A stretch of DNA of 51,065 bases from a bacterium (GTDB lineage Bacteria > JACRDZ01 > JAQUKH01): NCBI GenBank assembly GCA_028719205.1, contig JAQUKH010000018.1, positions 1-51,065 of the forward strand, in the 5' to 3' direction. Below are positions 27,332 through 36,247 of this stretch, piece after piece. Every line of letters begins with the position of its first letter. Position 1 is the first letter of the stretch. The notes beneath the pieces are model-generated. The model was given only the letters and a program-made list of their open reading frames with translations. It did not search any database and was not told the DNA's origin. A program made the position numbers and the translations under genes.

Positions 27332-28831
27332 TTAAACGAGATGACATAAATTACAGGCAAACCCTTTCCGAATCCTTTTGGTTTTTGAAGCCTTTTCACC
27401 TTCAAAATGCGGGTCATGACAGGTAGTACATGTAATCTCTCCGTTTGTATCCAGAGGGAATCCTTTTGGTACGATCATTGTTGGTTTTACAACATGGGAA
27501 AACGCGGCCGGATGCGGCCTGTGCGAATGGCACCTGATACAAAGCATCTTGATCTTTCCTCCCTTAATACCCTTATCGCTATCTTCATCGTTTTTATCTC
27601 CGGTATCCGGTGGTGTAATATGACAATACATGCATTTCCGTTTTGCCTTCATTTCAAAATGAGGATTCAATTTCTTAAATTCCTCTTTGTCGTGACACAT
27701 AAAACACAGATCATTAATTTCCTTATTCCTTCCGCCTTCTTCAAATCCCCGAAGTAAGTAAATGCTGGTCCTGTTAACAAATCCAGCGCTATGACATGTA
27801 TTACAAGTGATCTTACCCTTCTGCAGCGGAAGAGCCGGATCAACCTTCATTTCCGGCGGAGGCAGGATATCTACAGGATGCATATTCGCTTCTGTCCCAT
27901 GGCAACTATTACAAAGAAGTGTAAAATTTCCTCCAAACCTAAAATCAACTTCATCTACAGTAGCGCCTTCCTTCGGCATAGTAATATGACAAACTAAACA
28001 TTGGGTATCATCAAAATGGGGTTTAACATATCTTCCCTCTTCCAGGCTATAAATATATTCCGGCCTTAGGAAATGGGCAGTAGCTGATGCCCCATGCGGA
28101 TCATGACAAGTCGCGCAAGTTATATTTCCATCGGCATCGCGGGGTAGGCTAGGCGGAGGAGATATAGTAGTATCTACATTCATAGGATGATTTTGCGCGG
28201 ACATATTATGACAAAAGTTACACAAGGTCAGAATATTAATTCTAAAGCCGACTGTCTTTTCATTATCACTTATTTTGGGTTCAGTGGCGTGACAGTAATT
28301 ACATTTACGCTTCCCTTCCAAAATGCGATGCGGGTTCTTTTTAAGGAATTCCATTCCATGGCAGTCGTAACACAGATCTGTCCGCCACTTATATTTGCCC
28401 TCTTCAAAACCACGGAGCAGGCTGAACTTTGTATCTTTCGCGTGCATATTATGGCAGGTTATACAGTTAACCTTTTTTTCCTTGCTTAAAGGAAGATTCG
28501 CCGGAACTTTCATAGAAGGATCCACACCTGTAGGATGAATATTACTCTCTGCCCCATGGCATTCCACGCAAAGCTCTTCAATAGGTTTTTTGAATGTTAC
28601 AGTTTCTTTTGTATCTTCCTTACCGGGTTTAATTTTATGGCAATCTGTACAGTCCAATTCATTATGCGGATTCGGTCTGCCTTTTTTCTTCGCGAATTCC
28701 TCAAGAGCTTTAGATTCATCTTGCGAGGCGGAAAACGCGGGATATCCTATAAATAATGATACCGATAATAAGAAAATAACACAAATTTTATAGTTTTCTG
28801 TTGAATTAGAAGTTTTAAAATCATTTTTCAT
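27332..28831 (-). CDS. Exported 15-heme cytochrome c
   Basis: Signal peptide and 15 CxxCH motifs counted in 499 aa. Confidence 0.93.
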   Translation of the reverse strand: MKNDFKTSNSTENYKICVIFLLSVSLFIGYPAFSASQDESKALEEFAKKKGRPNPHNELDCTDCHKIKPGKEDTKETVTFKKPIEELCVECHGAESNIHPTGVDPSMKVPANLPLSKEKKVNCITCHNMHAKDTKFSLLRGFEEGKYKWRTDLCYDCHGMEFLKKNPHRILEGKRKCNYCHATEPKISDNEKTVGFRINILTLCNFCHNMSAQNHPMNVDTTISPPPSLPRDADGNITCATCHDPHGASATAHFLRPEYIYSLEEGRYVKPHFDDTQCLVCHITMPKEGATVDEVDFRFGGNFTLLCNSCHGTEANMHPVDILPPPEMKVDPALPLQKGKITCNTCHSAGFVNRTSIYLLRGFEEGGRNKEINDLCFMCHDKEEFKKLNPHFEMKAKRKCMYCHITPPDTGDKNDEDSDKGIKGGKIKMLCIRCHSHRPHPAAFSHVVKPTMIVPKGFPLDTNGEITCTTCHDPHFEGEKASKTKRIRKGFACNLCHLV

Positions 28832-28857
28832 TATTTTTCCCCTTTGTAATAATAATA

Positions 28858-28874
28858 TGCAATTTTCATACCAA
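28858..28874 (-). promoter_or_regulatory. sigma54 (-24/-12) promoter of the cytochrome-ubiD-ubiA operon
   Basis: Minus strand TTGGTATGAAAATTGCA (GG-N10-GC), 26 nt upstream of the ATG. Confidence 0.8.
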
Positions 28875-28902
28875 AGAAATAGAAAATATATTAATTAATG
28901 CA

Positions 28903-28915
28903 TAACCTATTGCAA
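28903..28915 (-). promoter_or_regulatory. IHF-like site between the enhancer and the sigma54 promoter
   Basis: TTGCAATAGGTTA versus consensus WATCAANNNNTTR, in the expected position. Confidence 0.4.
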
Positions 28916-28972
28916 AATAATGAATAATATTTTTTATTTTAATATTATTACATATTTAAAAATAATTACTTT

Positions 28973-29026
28973 TGTCATAATGACACATATTTAATAAATA
29001 TATTTTCGCAATTTGTCATTTTGACA
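28973..29026. promoter_or_regulatory. Pair of palindromic enhancer-like (UAS) sites
   Basis: TGTCATAATGACA (28973-28985) and TGTCATTTTGACA (29014-29026), 41 bp apart, 100-155 bp upstream of the -24 element. Confidence 0.7.
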
Positions 29027-29078
29027 ATAATTAATATTGTTTATTTAAAATATCCATTATGCTAAAATAATCACCTGT

Positions 29079-30443
29079 ATGTTAAACAAAAAAATACTTC
29101 TCACAATTATGCCCCCTTTTTGGCCCAAGATGCCGCCAATAGGAATTGCGTACCTGCAGGCGTATCTTGCCTGTAAAAACATAAAAGCGGATATATTGGA
29201 TCTGAATAATGTGTTTTACAATCTTGTAAGGGCGACCAGCCGTTCGCCCCTGCAAAAATCATGGCTTATCAGTTGTAATACTTTTTTGGAAGAAAACATA
29301 ATCGATATCATACAAAAAGATTTCCCGTCTGAATTTAACGGGTATATTAATAAAATATTGGAATATGATATTGTTGGTTTTTCCTGCTTCAAGAGTAATT
29401 TTAAAACTACAGTTGAAATAATAAAGATATTGAAAGCTCAAAAGTCGAATATAAAAATAATCTTAGGCGGGCCGGAAATTACAAGGCAATTTTATAAAAC
29501 CAATGGGGAATTTAATATGAGGGCGAATAATTACCCGCCTGCCGGACGGGCAGGTTCGCCCCTACAAGCGGATTTGCTTGTTGTCGGTGAAGGTGAAAAG
29601 GCGCTGTATGATTATATCGTAGGGACGCACCTAAATAACCATGAAAAAATCTCAAAGTTTAATCAATTAGAAAATCTTGAAGATTTGCCTTATCCGAAAT
29701 TTCAGGGTATAAACACCTATCCCAGAAAAGATACCGTCCCTTTGTTATTTTCAAGAGGCTGTGTACGAAAATGCAATTTCTGCTCAGAAAAACTGTTATA
29801 TATTGGCTTCCGGACCAGGCCGGCAAAAAACCTAATTGAAGAAATAAGACATCACCTTGCAAATAAAATTAAATACTTCGTGTTTTTCGACTCTATGCTG
29901 AACGCGGACTTAAGAAAGCTTGAAAAATTTTGCGACGCGGTCATTGCTAATTTCGGCTCGATCAATTGGGAAGCGCAGATAGCCGTAAGGAAAGATATGG
30001 ATAAGGCTTTTTTTGAAAAGATAAAAAAAAGCGGATGCTACAATTTGTTTATCGGCCTAGAATCAGGTTCTGACAATACGTTAAAGAAAATGAATAAAGG
30101 TTTTACCGGCAATGATGCCGTTGAATTTTTTAAAAAATTAAATAACGCGGGATTGTTCTTCGGAATAAGCCTGATAGCCGGATACCCCGGCGAGACAGAA
30201 AAGGATTTTAAGGAAAGCCTTGATTTTGTAATTAATAATAAAGCTCTTATACCAAAGATCGAACAGATCAATCCATTTACTTATTATGATGGAACTAATA
30301 CAGATGAAGCCACAGATTATAAATTATGTCCGGAATCAATGAAAAGAATGGAAATCTTCATTGAAGAGATCAAAAAACACAATTTTAAGTACACAAACGC
30401 GTTTTTGGGAAATTTGGTTGAAAAAACAGGGGAAACAAAATGA
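29079..30443 (+). CDS. B12-binding domain radical SAM protein carrying in-frame REP insertions
   Basis: MPPIGIAYL, IVGFSC, ILGGPE, VVGEGE, SRGCVRKCNFC, GLESGS. Confidence 0.9.
   Translation: MLNKKILLTIMPPFWPKMPPIGIAYLQAYLACKNIKADILDLNNVFYNLVRATSRSPLQKSWLISCNTFLEENIIDIIQKDFPSEFNGYINKILEYDIVGFSCFKSNFKTTVEIIKILKAQKSNIKIILGGPEITRQFYKTNGEFNMRANNYPPAGRAGSPLQADLLVVGEGEKALYDYIVGTHLNNHEKISKFNQLENLEDLPYPKFQGINTYPRKDTVPLLFSRGCVRKCNFCSEKLLYIGFRTRPAKNLIEEIRHHLANKIKYFVFFDSMLNADLRKLEKFCDAVIANFGSINWEAQIAVRKDMDKAFFEKIKKSGCYNLFIGLESGSDNTLKKMNKGFTGNDAVEFFKKLNNAGLFFGISLIAGYPGETEKDFKESLDFVINNKALIPKIEQINPFTYYDGTNTDEATDYKLCPESMKRMEIFIEEIKKHNFKYTNAFLGNLVEKTGETK
29226..29253. repeat. GTAG-type REP palindrome inside a CDS
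   Basis: GTAAGGGCGACCAGCCGTTCGCCCCTGC, encoding VRATSRSPL. Confidence 0.75.
29520..29565. repeat. GTAG-type REP inside a CDS with a nested 21-bp palindromic insert
   Basis: AGGGCGAATAATTA[CCCGCCTGCCGGACGGGCAGG]TTCGCCCCTAC, encoding RANNYPPAGRAGSPL. Confidence 0.8.
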
Positions 30444-31282
30444 TCGAAGTCAACGAAGTAAAAATTCAGAGGATCCTTAATCCTACTGCCATTGACCTGG
30501 GCGAGTTTGTGATCAATCCTTTCATGGGCTGCGAGTTTGCCTGTTTATACTGTTACGTCCGATCAAACCGGGTTATAAGCAAAAGGAATAAACCATGGGG
30601 TGAATATGTCGATGTCCGGATAAATGCGCCTGAACTACTGGAAAAAGAGTTGCTGATAAAAAAGCCAAAGGTAGTTTTATTAGGCTCAACTACGGAATGC
30701 TTTCAACCAACGGAACAAAAATATCAAATTACAAAAAAGGTGCTTGAAATATTAAACAGCCATGGGGTATATTATGTAATTCTTACCCGTTCGCCATATA
30801 TTGTTAATTATATTTCCTTATTGAATAAAGGTTTTTGCAGAAAGATATATTTTACAATTAATAATATGCCCTCCGTGTTTAAACAAAAACTGGAGCCTAA
30901 AACCCCGGGATTTGATTCCCGGATAGAAGCGGTAAAAATGCTTATAGATGAAAAAATACCGGTTACCCCCTACTTTTCACCTCTACTTCCATTGATATCA
31001 GATTACCATGAAATTTTTCAAAAATTAGAAAAAGCTCAAATTATTGAATTTGAGTGCCTTAATTTTAATCTTAAGAATATCCTTATTATAATCGATACAA
31101 TATATGAAATAGACCCTATTATAGGGGAAAAATATAAAAAAATGTTTAATGATAAAGATTTTTATTCATATATAATGGATGAGGCCAAAAAAGATATAAC
31201 AAAAAAAGCAATAAGCGCGAAAAAGAATTTTAATATCCATATTCATTCTTTTGGTAATTTTTTCGAAAACAGGTATTCTTAA
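30440..31282 (+). CDS. Radical SAM protein, spore photoproduct lyase-like family
   Basis: INPFMGCEFACLYCY, VRINAPELLEKEL, ILTRSP; ATGA overlap with the upstream gene. Confidence 0.85.
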   Translation: MIEVNEVKIQRILNPTAIDLGEFVINPFMGCEFACLYCYVRSNRVISKRNKPWGEYVDVRINAPELLEKELLIKKPKVVLLGSTTECFQPTEQKYQITKKVLEILNSHGVYYVILTRSPYIVNYISLLNKGFCRKIYFTINNMPSVFKQKLEPKTPGFDSRIEAVKMLIDEKIPVTPYFSPLLPLISDYHEIFQKLEKAQIIEFECLNFNLKNILIIIDTIYEIDPIIGEKYKKMFNDKDFYSYIMDEAKKDITKKAISAKKNFNIHIHSFGNFFENRYS

Positions 31283-31354
31283 AAAATCCTTGACAAATAT
31301 ATTGAGTCTATGCTAAGTTATACTCGATTTATTTTGTTAAAATAAGGAAGTTTA

Positions 31355-32293
31355 ATGTTTAGAAAAAAATCGTACACTATAATGATCGTTCCGCATACGG
31401 ATTCCAAGCCGTTCCATTTTCATATTACATTACCGGCTATTATGCGTATATCGGCATTAGTTTGTTTCGCGGGGCTTTTGCTTTCCCTTTTCCTGATTGA
31501 TTATAATAATGTAAGATTAAAACTGTTTTCCGTAGCTCCTTTACAGGAAAAACTCGTTAAGGAACAGGAACGGCTCGCGGAGCAAAGAACCCGGCAGGAA
31601 GAAGACCTGAAAAAAATAAACGGGATAATGACGAAGCTTAAAAACGTTGAAGATCAGTTTAAAAATATCACCGGCTTTGAATCAAAGATGAAAAAAGGCG
31701 GCCAAGGCGGACCTACATATAACGATAGAGAATTAAGCGGAAGAATAAAAGCTGTGGAATTTAACGCCGAATTTGAAAATAAATCGGAAAAAATTTTGGA
31801 AGATGTCAAGGATTTAGAAGGGTCTCTGTATTATCAATCCTTAAAGCTGGATGAATTTTCCGGTTTTCTGGAAAACCAAAAAGGCAATTTGGGATCAATG
31901 CCGCTAATTTGGCCCGCGAAAAGCGGACATATTTCAGGAAAATTCGGGTATCGGCTTTCTCCTTTTAACAACAAAAGAAAAGAGTTCCACACAGGCCTTG
32001 ATATTTCTTTAAGACCAAAAACACCGGTCTTTGCAACAGCTAAAGGGAAAGTAATATATTCAGGCTGGCTTCCAGGGCTGGGAAATACTATAAAGATATC
32101 CCATGGTAACGGTTTAGTTACCCTTTATGGACATAATTCCAAGCTGCTCGTAAAATCTGGACAGATTGTTGAACGAGGGCAAAATATCTCGCTCTCGGGC
32201 AATACCGGATCAAGTACAGGCCCGCATTTGCATTATGAAGTGCAAAAAAAAGGATACTTTGAAAATCCTGTAAATTATATTTTAAATCTTTAA
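31355..32293 (+). CDS. M23 family peptidoglycan endopeptidase
   Basis: TIMIVPH, TM helix, coiled coil, HTGLD, LYGH, STGPHLHYEV. Confidence 0.92.
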   Translation: MFRKKSYTIMIVPHTDSKPFHFHITLPAIMRISALVCFAGLLLSLFLIDYNNVRLKLFSVAPLQEKLVKEQERLAEQRTRQEEDLKKINGIMTKLKNVEDQFKNITGFESKMKKGGQGGPTYNDRELSGRIKAVEFNAEFENKSEKILEDVKDLEGSLYYQSLKLDEFSGFLENQKGNLGSMPLIWPAKSGHISGKFGYRLSPFNNKRKEFHTGLDISLRPKTPVFATAKGKVIYSGWLPGLGNTIKISHGNGLVTLYGHNSKLLVKSGQIVERGQNISLSGNTGSSTGPHLHYEVQKKGYFENPVNYILNL

Positions 32294-32316
32294 AAAATCC
32301 GGAGAAAAAAATAGTA

Positions 32317-32658
32317 GTGAAAAAAGAAAATGGTAAGATTGATTCAATAGATACAATTTTAGGGCAGGGTATAATTTTCAAAGGTGAGTTAAAAGGAGAT
32401 GGAAATATCAAGATTGACGGCCAGCTTAGCGGTTTGATCGAAGCTACGGGTGATGTTTATATCGGGAAAAAAGCCGGAGTTATCGGGGATTGTCATGTTG
32501 GCAGTATCATCATAGGTGGAAAGGTAAAAGGAAATGTGGTTGCTTTAAAAAGGGTAGAAATCCTTCCCGATGGTGAATTACACGGTGACATTCTTGCTCC
32601 ACGCATATGTATAGCTGATGGTGTAATTTTTGAAGGAAACTGCAAAATTTCAAAATAA
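32317..32658 (+). CDS. Bactofilin (polymer-forming cytoskeletal protein)
   Basis: TILGQGIIFKGEL, IKIDG, GVIFEGNC beta-helix pattern; typical pairing with an M23 peptidase. Confidence 0.92.
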   Translation: MKKENGKIDSIDTILGQGIIFKGELKGDGNIKIDGQLSGLIEATGDVYIGKKAGVIGDCHVGSIIIGGKVKGNVVALKRVEILPDGELHGDILAPRICIADGVIFEGNCKISK

Positions 32659-32688
32659 AGAACCTAAATTGAAAGGGAGAGCTATTTT

Positions 32689-33003
32689 ATGCAAGAGACA
32701 TTCAATGAAATAAAACAAAAAGAAAAAGATGGAAAAGAATTAATTGATAAAACTAAAAAAGAATGTGAAGAAAAATTGATCCTCGCTCAGGCAAGACTGC
32801 TGGATAAGTACAGCACTTCGTTAGGTTCCTTCCAGAAGGAAGCCGGAACGATTTTTATAGACAAGAAAAAAGAAATTGAAAATGAAGTGTTCGGTAAACT
32901 GGACCATGCGGAGAAAGAAAGAAATTCGACCATAGAAAAAGCAAAGATTAATTTCCCAAACGCGTATGAGTTTATAAAAAAGAACGTTTATAAAAATTTG
33001 TAA
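32689..33003 (+). CDS. V/A-type ATPase peripheral stalk subunit G/H
   Basis: Charged coiled-coil 104 aa directly upstream of subunit I. Confidence 0.75.
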   Translation: MQETFNEIKQKEKDGKELIDKTKKECEEKLILAQARLLDKYSTSLGSFQKEAGTIFIDKKKEIENEVFGKLDHAEKERNSTIEKAKINFPNAYEFIKKNVYKNL

Positions 33004-33012
33004 GGGAATATT

Positions 33013-34983
33013 ATGGCTGTAGTCAAAATGAAGAAGGCCTTTATTTTTTCTTCCCTTAATCTCAGGGAAGCCTTAATAAGGAACTTACATAAAATTGGAC
33101 TAGTCCAGATTGCTGATATCCAAAAAATTGATGGTTTAAAAGAGCTTTCAGTTTCAGACACGAAAGACTCTGATGATCAAATAAATAAGATACAATTCCT
33201 GTTAAGCTTCCTCCCCACCCTCCCGAAAGAAAAGAAAAGTTTTATCCAGGATATGGTCGGCGCGAAAAATCTTATTACCAAAGAAGAATTTGCCAATTCA
33301 GTTTCAAATCTTGAATGGAAAGGCATATTTTCACGCTGTATTGAAATAAACAAAGAACTCGAAGAGATAAAAAAGAAAAAGGAATCGTGCAATAATTTAC
33401 TTCAGGAATTGGAGCCATGGCATGATTTTAACCTGCCTCTGGATGAGATAAAAGGAACAAGGCATGCATTTGTTATCCTGGGGAAAGTAGGCATTGAGGT
33501 TTATCCATGGTTATTTGGCGATCTTAGCGCGAAATCCAATAACTTTATTTTAAAAGAAATAAAAGATCTTGGAAAAGACAGATATTTTATTTTAATGGGA
33601 TTGCGCAATGAAGAAGAAAGACTTACCCTTGTTTTAAAAAAGTTTAATTATTCCAATATTAGCTTACCCTCTGGAAAAGACAAGCCCGGTGAATTGATCT
33701 CAAAAACAAAAAAAGAATTGACGGATTTGCATGGCCGTGAAAAACAATTGCAGAATGATAAATTATCGTTTTCCGAAAAACGCCAGGATCTGATCAACCT
33801 TTATGATTATTATTTATGGGAAAAAGACCTGATAACCGTCCAGAAACATTTTGGCAAAACAGAAAAGACCATTGCGATCGAGGGATGGGTAAAGGCGGAT
33901 GATACGGAAAAATTGCAAAAACATTTGATGACAATATCAAAAGATATATATGCCAGGTTTCGGGACCCGCAGGAAGGTGAGGATGTTCCAACCGCTTTAA
34001 AAAACAATTCTGTTTTCGGCCCGTTTGAGTTGATCGTTGAACTTTACGGAATGCCCAGTTATTATGAAAAGGACCCTACCCCGCTTATCGCGATCTTTTT
34101 TTCTATTATTTTTGGTTTTTGCCTTGGTGACGCGGTTTACGGTATAGTTTTAGCAATAGTTACAGGCATGCTCATAAAAAAATATAAGATCAGGGAAGAA
34201 GATAAAAAAGGGCTCCGTTTGTTTTTCTGGGTAGGAATAACAACAATCATAATCGGAGCTTTATGCGGAACTTGGCTGGGAGATTTGCCGGATAAGCTTC
34301 CTGAGAGTGTAAGTTTTATAAAAAATATCAAGAACAGCCTGATGATCGTCGACCCCTTGACCCAGCTTATTCGCTTTATCTCTATAGCTTTGGGAGTCGG
34401 AGTGGCTCATGTTTTTTGCGGATTGGGTTTCAAGGCATACCAGAATATTATTAAAGGCAAATTTTTTGACGCGTTGTTCGATCAGATTGTCTGGATCACG
34501 CTGATCGGCGGGCTTATTGGCTGGGCTATAAGTAGAACAGGCGCTATTCCGTCCGGCCCAGGCGCGGTTTCATTATGGTCAGCAAAAATTTCAGCCATTA
34601 TTATAATCCTTTTCGGCGGACGGGATGTGAAAAATCCTTTTGGCAGGATCGGGCTTGGATTATTTAAACTTTACGGCGCTTCGGCTTACATAGGAGATAT
34701 TCTTTCATATACGCGTTTAGTCGCGCTGGGGTTAGCCGGTTCTATTATTGCTATGGTATTTAATCTTATGGCTTTTCTATTGAAAGATTCATATATAGGG
34801 ATCATTTTTCTTCTTGCGATATTATTTATAGGGCATGGCTTTAATTTAATTATTAATATATTAGGTGCTTTTGTTCACACTGCCCGGCTTCATTATGTTG
34901 AATTTTTCAGTAAATTTTATGATAATGGCGGAAAACCGTTCAAACCTTTCAGGATGGAAGGAAAATATATTGCTGTTGAATAA
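33013..34983 (+). CDS. ntpI: V/A-type ATPase subunit I (a)
   Basis: YGMPSYYEKDPT, GDAVYG, DILSYTRLVALGLA, HTARLHYVEFFSKFY. Confidence 0.95.
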   Translation: MAVVKMKKAFIFSSLNLREALIRNLHKIGLVQIADIQKIDGLKELSVSDTKDSDDQINKIQFLLSFLPTLPKEKKSFIQDMVGAKNLITKEEFANSVSNLEWKGIFSRCIEINKELEEIKKKKESCNNLLQELEPWHDFNLPLDEIKGTRHAFVILGKVGIEVYPWLFGDLSAKSNNFILKEIKDLGKDRYFILMGLRNEEERLTLVLKKFNYSNISLPSGKDKPGELISKTKKELTDLHGREKQLQNDKLSFSEKRQDLINLYDYYLWEKDLITVQKHFGKTEKTIAIEGWVKADDTEKLQKHLMTISKDIYARFRDPQEGEDVPTALKNNSVFGPFELIVELYGMPSYYEKDPTPLIAIFFSIIFGFCLGDAVYGIVLAIVTGMLIKKYKIREEDKKGLRLFFWVGITTIIIGALCGTWLGDLPDKLPESVSFIKNIKNSLMIVDPLTQLIRFISIALGVGVAHVFCGLGFKAYQNIIKGKFFDALFDQIVWITLIGGLIGWAISRTGAIPSGPGAVSLWSAKISAIIIILFGGRDVKNPFGRIGLGLFKLYGASAYIGDILSYTRLVALGLAGSIIAMVFNLMAFLLKDSYIGIIFLLAILFIGHGFNLIINILGAFVHTARLHYVEFFSKFYDNGGKPFKPFRMEGKYIAVE

Positions 34984-35026
34984 ATTTATTAAAATTTGAT
35001 TTTAATCTTAGAAGGAGGATAAAAAA

Positions 35027-35629
35027 TTGAAAAAGTTAGTAGGCTTTTTGTTAATCGGAATGGTCTTGTTTTTATTTACAGTAACATTTGTAAAAGCGCA
35101 GGAAACAACCGGCGTACCCGCTCAAACTGAATCAGTTAAGCCTGAGAGCGGAGGTGTAAGCGGTATTACTTTAGCTGTCATTGGCGCTATAATTACAATC
35201 GTTTTCTCCGGATTCGGGGCATCAAAGGGCATAAGTATAGCAGCGGCGCCGGCTGCGGGGATTATGAGTGAGAATCCTGATATGTTCGGAAAATTATTGA
35301 TCATGGTTGCCCTGCCTGGAACACAGGGGATTTACGGTTTTGTAACCGGATTTTTAGTATTTTTGAAAGTCGGAATTATTGGCGGGACACTCCAGCCAGT
35401 ATCTTTAAACCAGGGGATACAAATTCTGGCAATTTGCGCGTTCCAATCATTTATAGAATTAACATCTGCCATTTATCAGGGACAAGTTGCCGCGTACGGT
35501 ATTGTAATGACCGGTAAAAAACCTGAAGCTTCAATGAAGGGTGTTATCATGGCCGTTCTTGTTGAAACCTACGCGGTACTCGGGCTTTTAGCTGGAATTT
35601 TAGGGATCTGGTTCGGTATCAGGTTCTAA
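35027..35629 (+). CDS. ntpK: V/A-type ATPase subunit K (c), 4-TM Na+-binding type with N-terminal signal-like extension
   Basis: LPGTQGIYG, SAIYQG, VETYA. Confidence 0.92.
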   Translation: MKKLVGFLLIGMVLFLFTVTFVKAQETTGVPAQTESVKPESGGVSGITLAVIGAIITIVFSGFGASKGISIAAAPAAGIMSENPDMFGKLLIMVALPGTQGIYGFVTGFLVFLKVGIIGGTLQPVSLNQGIQILAICAFQSFIELTSAIYQGQVAAYGIVMTGKKPEASMKGVIMAVLVETYAVLGLLAGILGIWFGIRF

Positions 35630-35653
35630 TCATAAAAAACTAAAGGAAAAAAA

Positions 35654-36247
35654 GTGGGAAAAGAAGAACTCTTATCTAAGATTAAACTTGAGTTTGAAAC
35701 AGAGGCGAATAAGATCACCGGAGAGACCGAACTGAAGATCCGTCAAATGGAAAAAGAAAATGACGAGAAAATCGCGGCTAAACGGCATGAGATCTTTGCC
35801 GACCTTCATAAAAATCTGGAAGATATCCGCAGAAAAGATCTCATAGAAACTGATATAAAGATCCGAAGCCTCCTGCTTGAAGTAAAACAGAACCTGATCA
35901 ACGATATTTTTAAAGAGGTTCAGGTTAAAATAAAAGGCGAGGATTATCATAAGCTTATTGAAAATATGCTTATGTCTTCAGTTCAGAACGGTGAGGGAGA
36001 GGTTGTTTTCTCAAAGGAAGACAGTAAAATATTTACGGAAGATTTTATCAATGGAATTAACAGCAAATTAAAGGCATTAGGAAAGAACAGCCGTTTTATG
36101 CTTAGTAAAAAATACGGAAATTTCAGCGGCGGATTTGTCCTGCGCTACAGCGGAATTGAAATAAATAACACCTTTGAAACAATTTTTGGGTATTTGCGTA
36201 AAGACCTGGAGATGGAAATTGGAAAAATACTTTTCCCGGAAAAATGA
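35654..36247 (+). CDS. ntpE: V/A-type ATPase subunit E
   Basis: Coiled-coil N-terminus, SGGFVL...IEINNTFE. Confidence 0.88.
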   Translation: MGKEELLSKIKLEFETEANKITGETELKIRQMEKENDEKIAAKRHEIFADLHKNLEDIRRKDLIETDIKIRSLLLEVKQNLINDIFKEVQVKIKGEDYHKLIENMLMSSVQNGEGEVVFSKEDSKIFTEDFINGINSKLKALGKNSRFMLSKKYGNFSGGFVLRYSGIEINNTFETIFGYLRKDLEMEIGKILFPEK

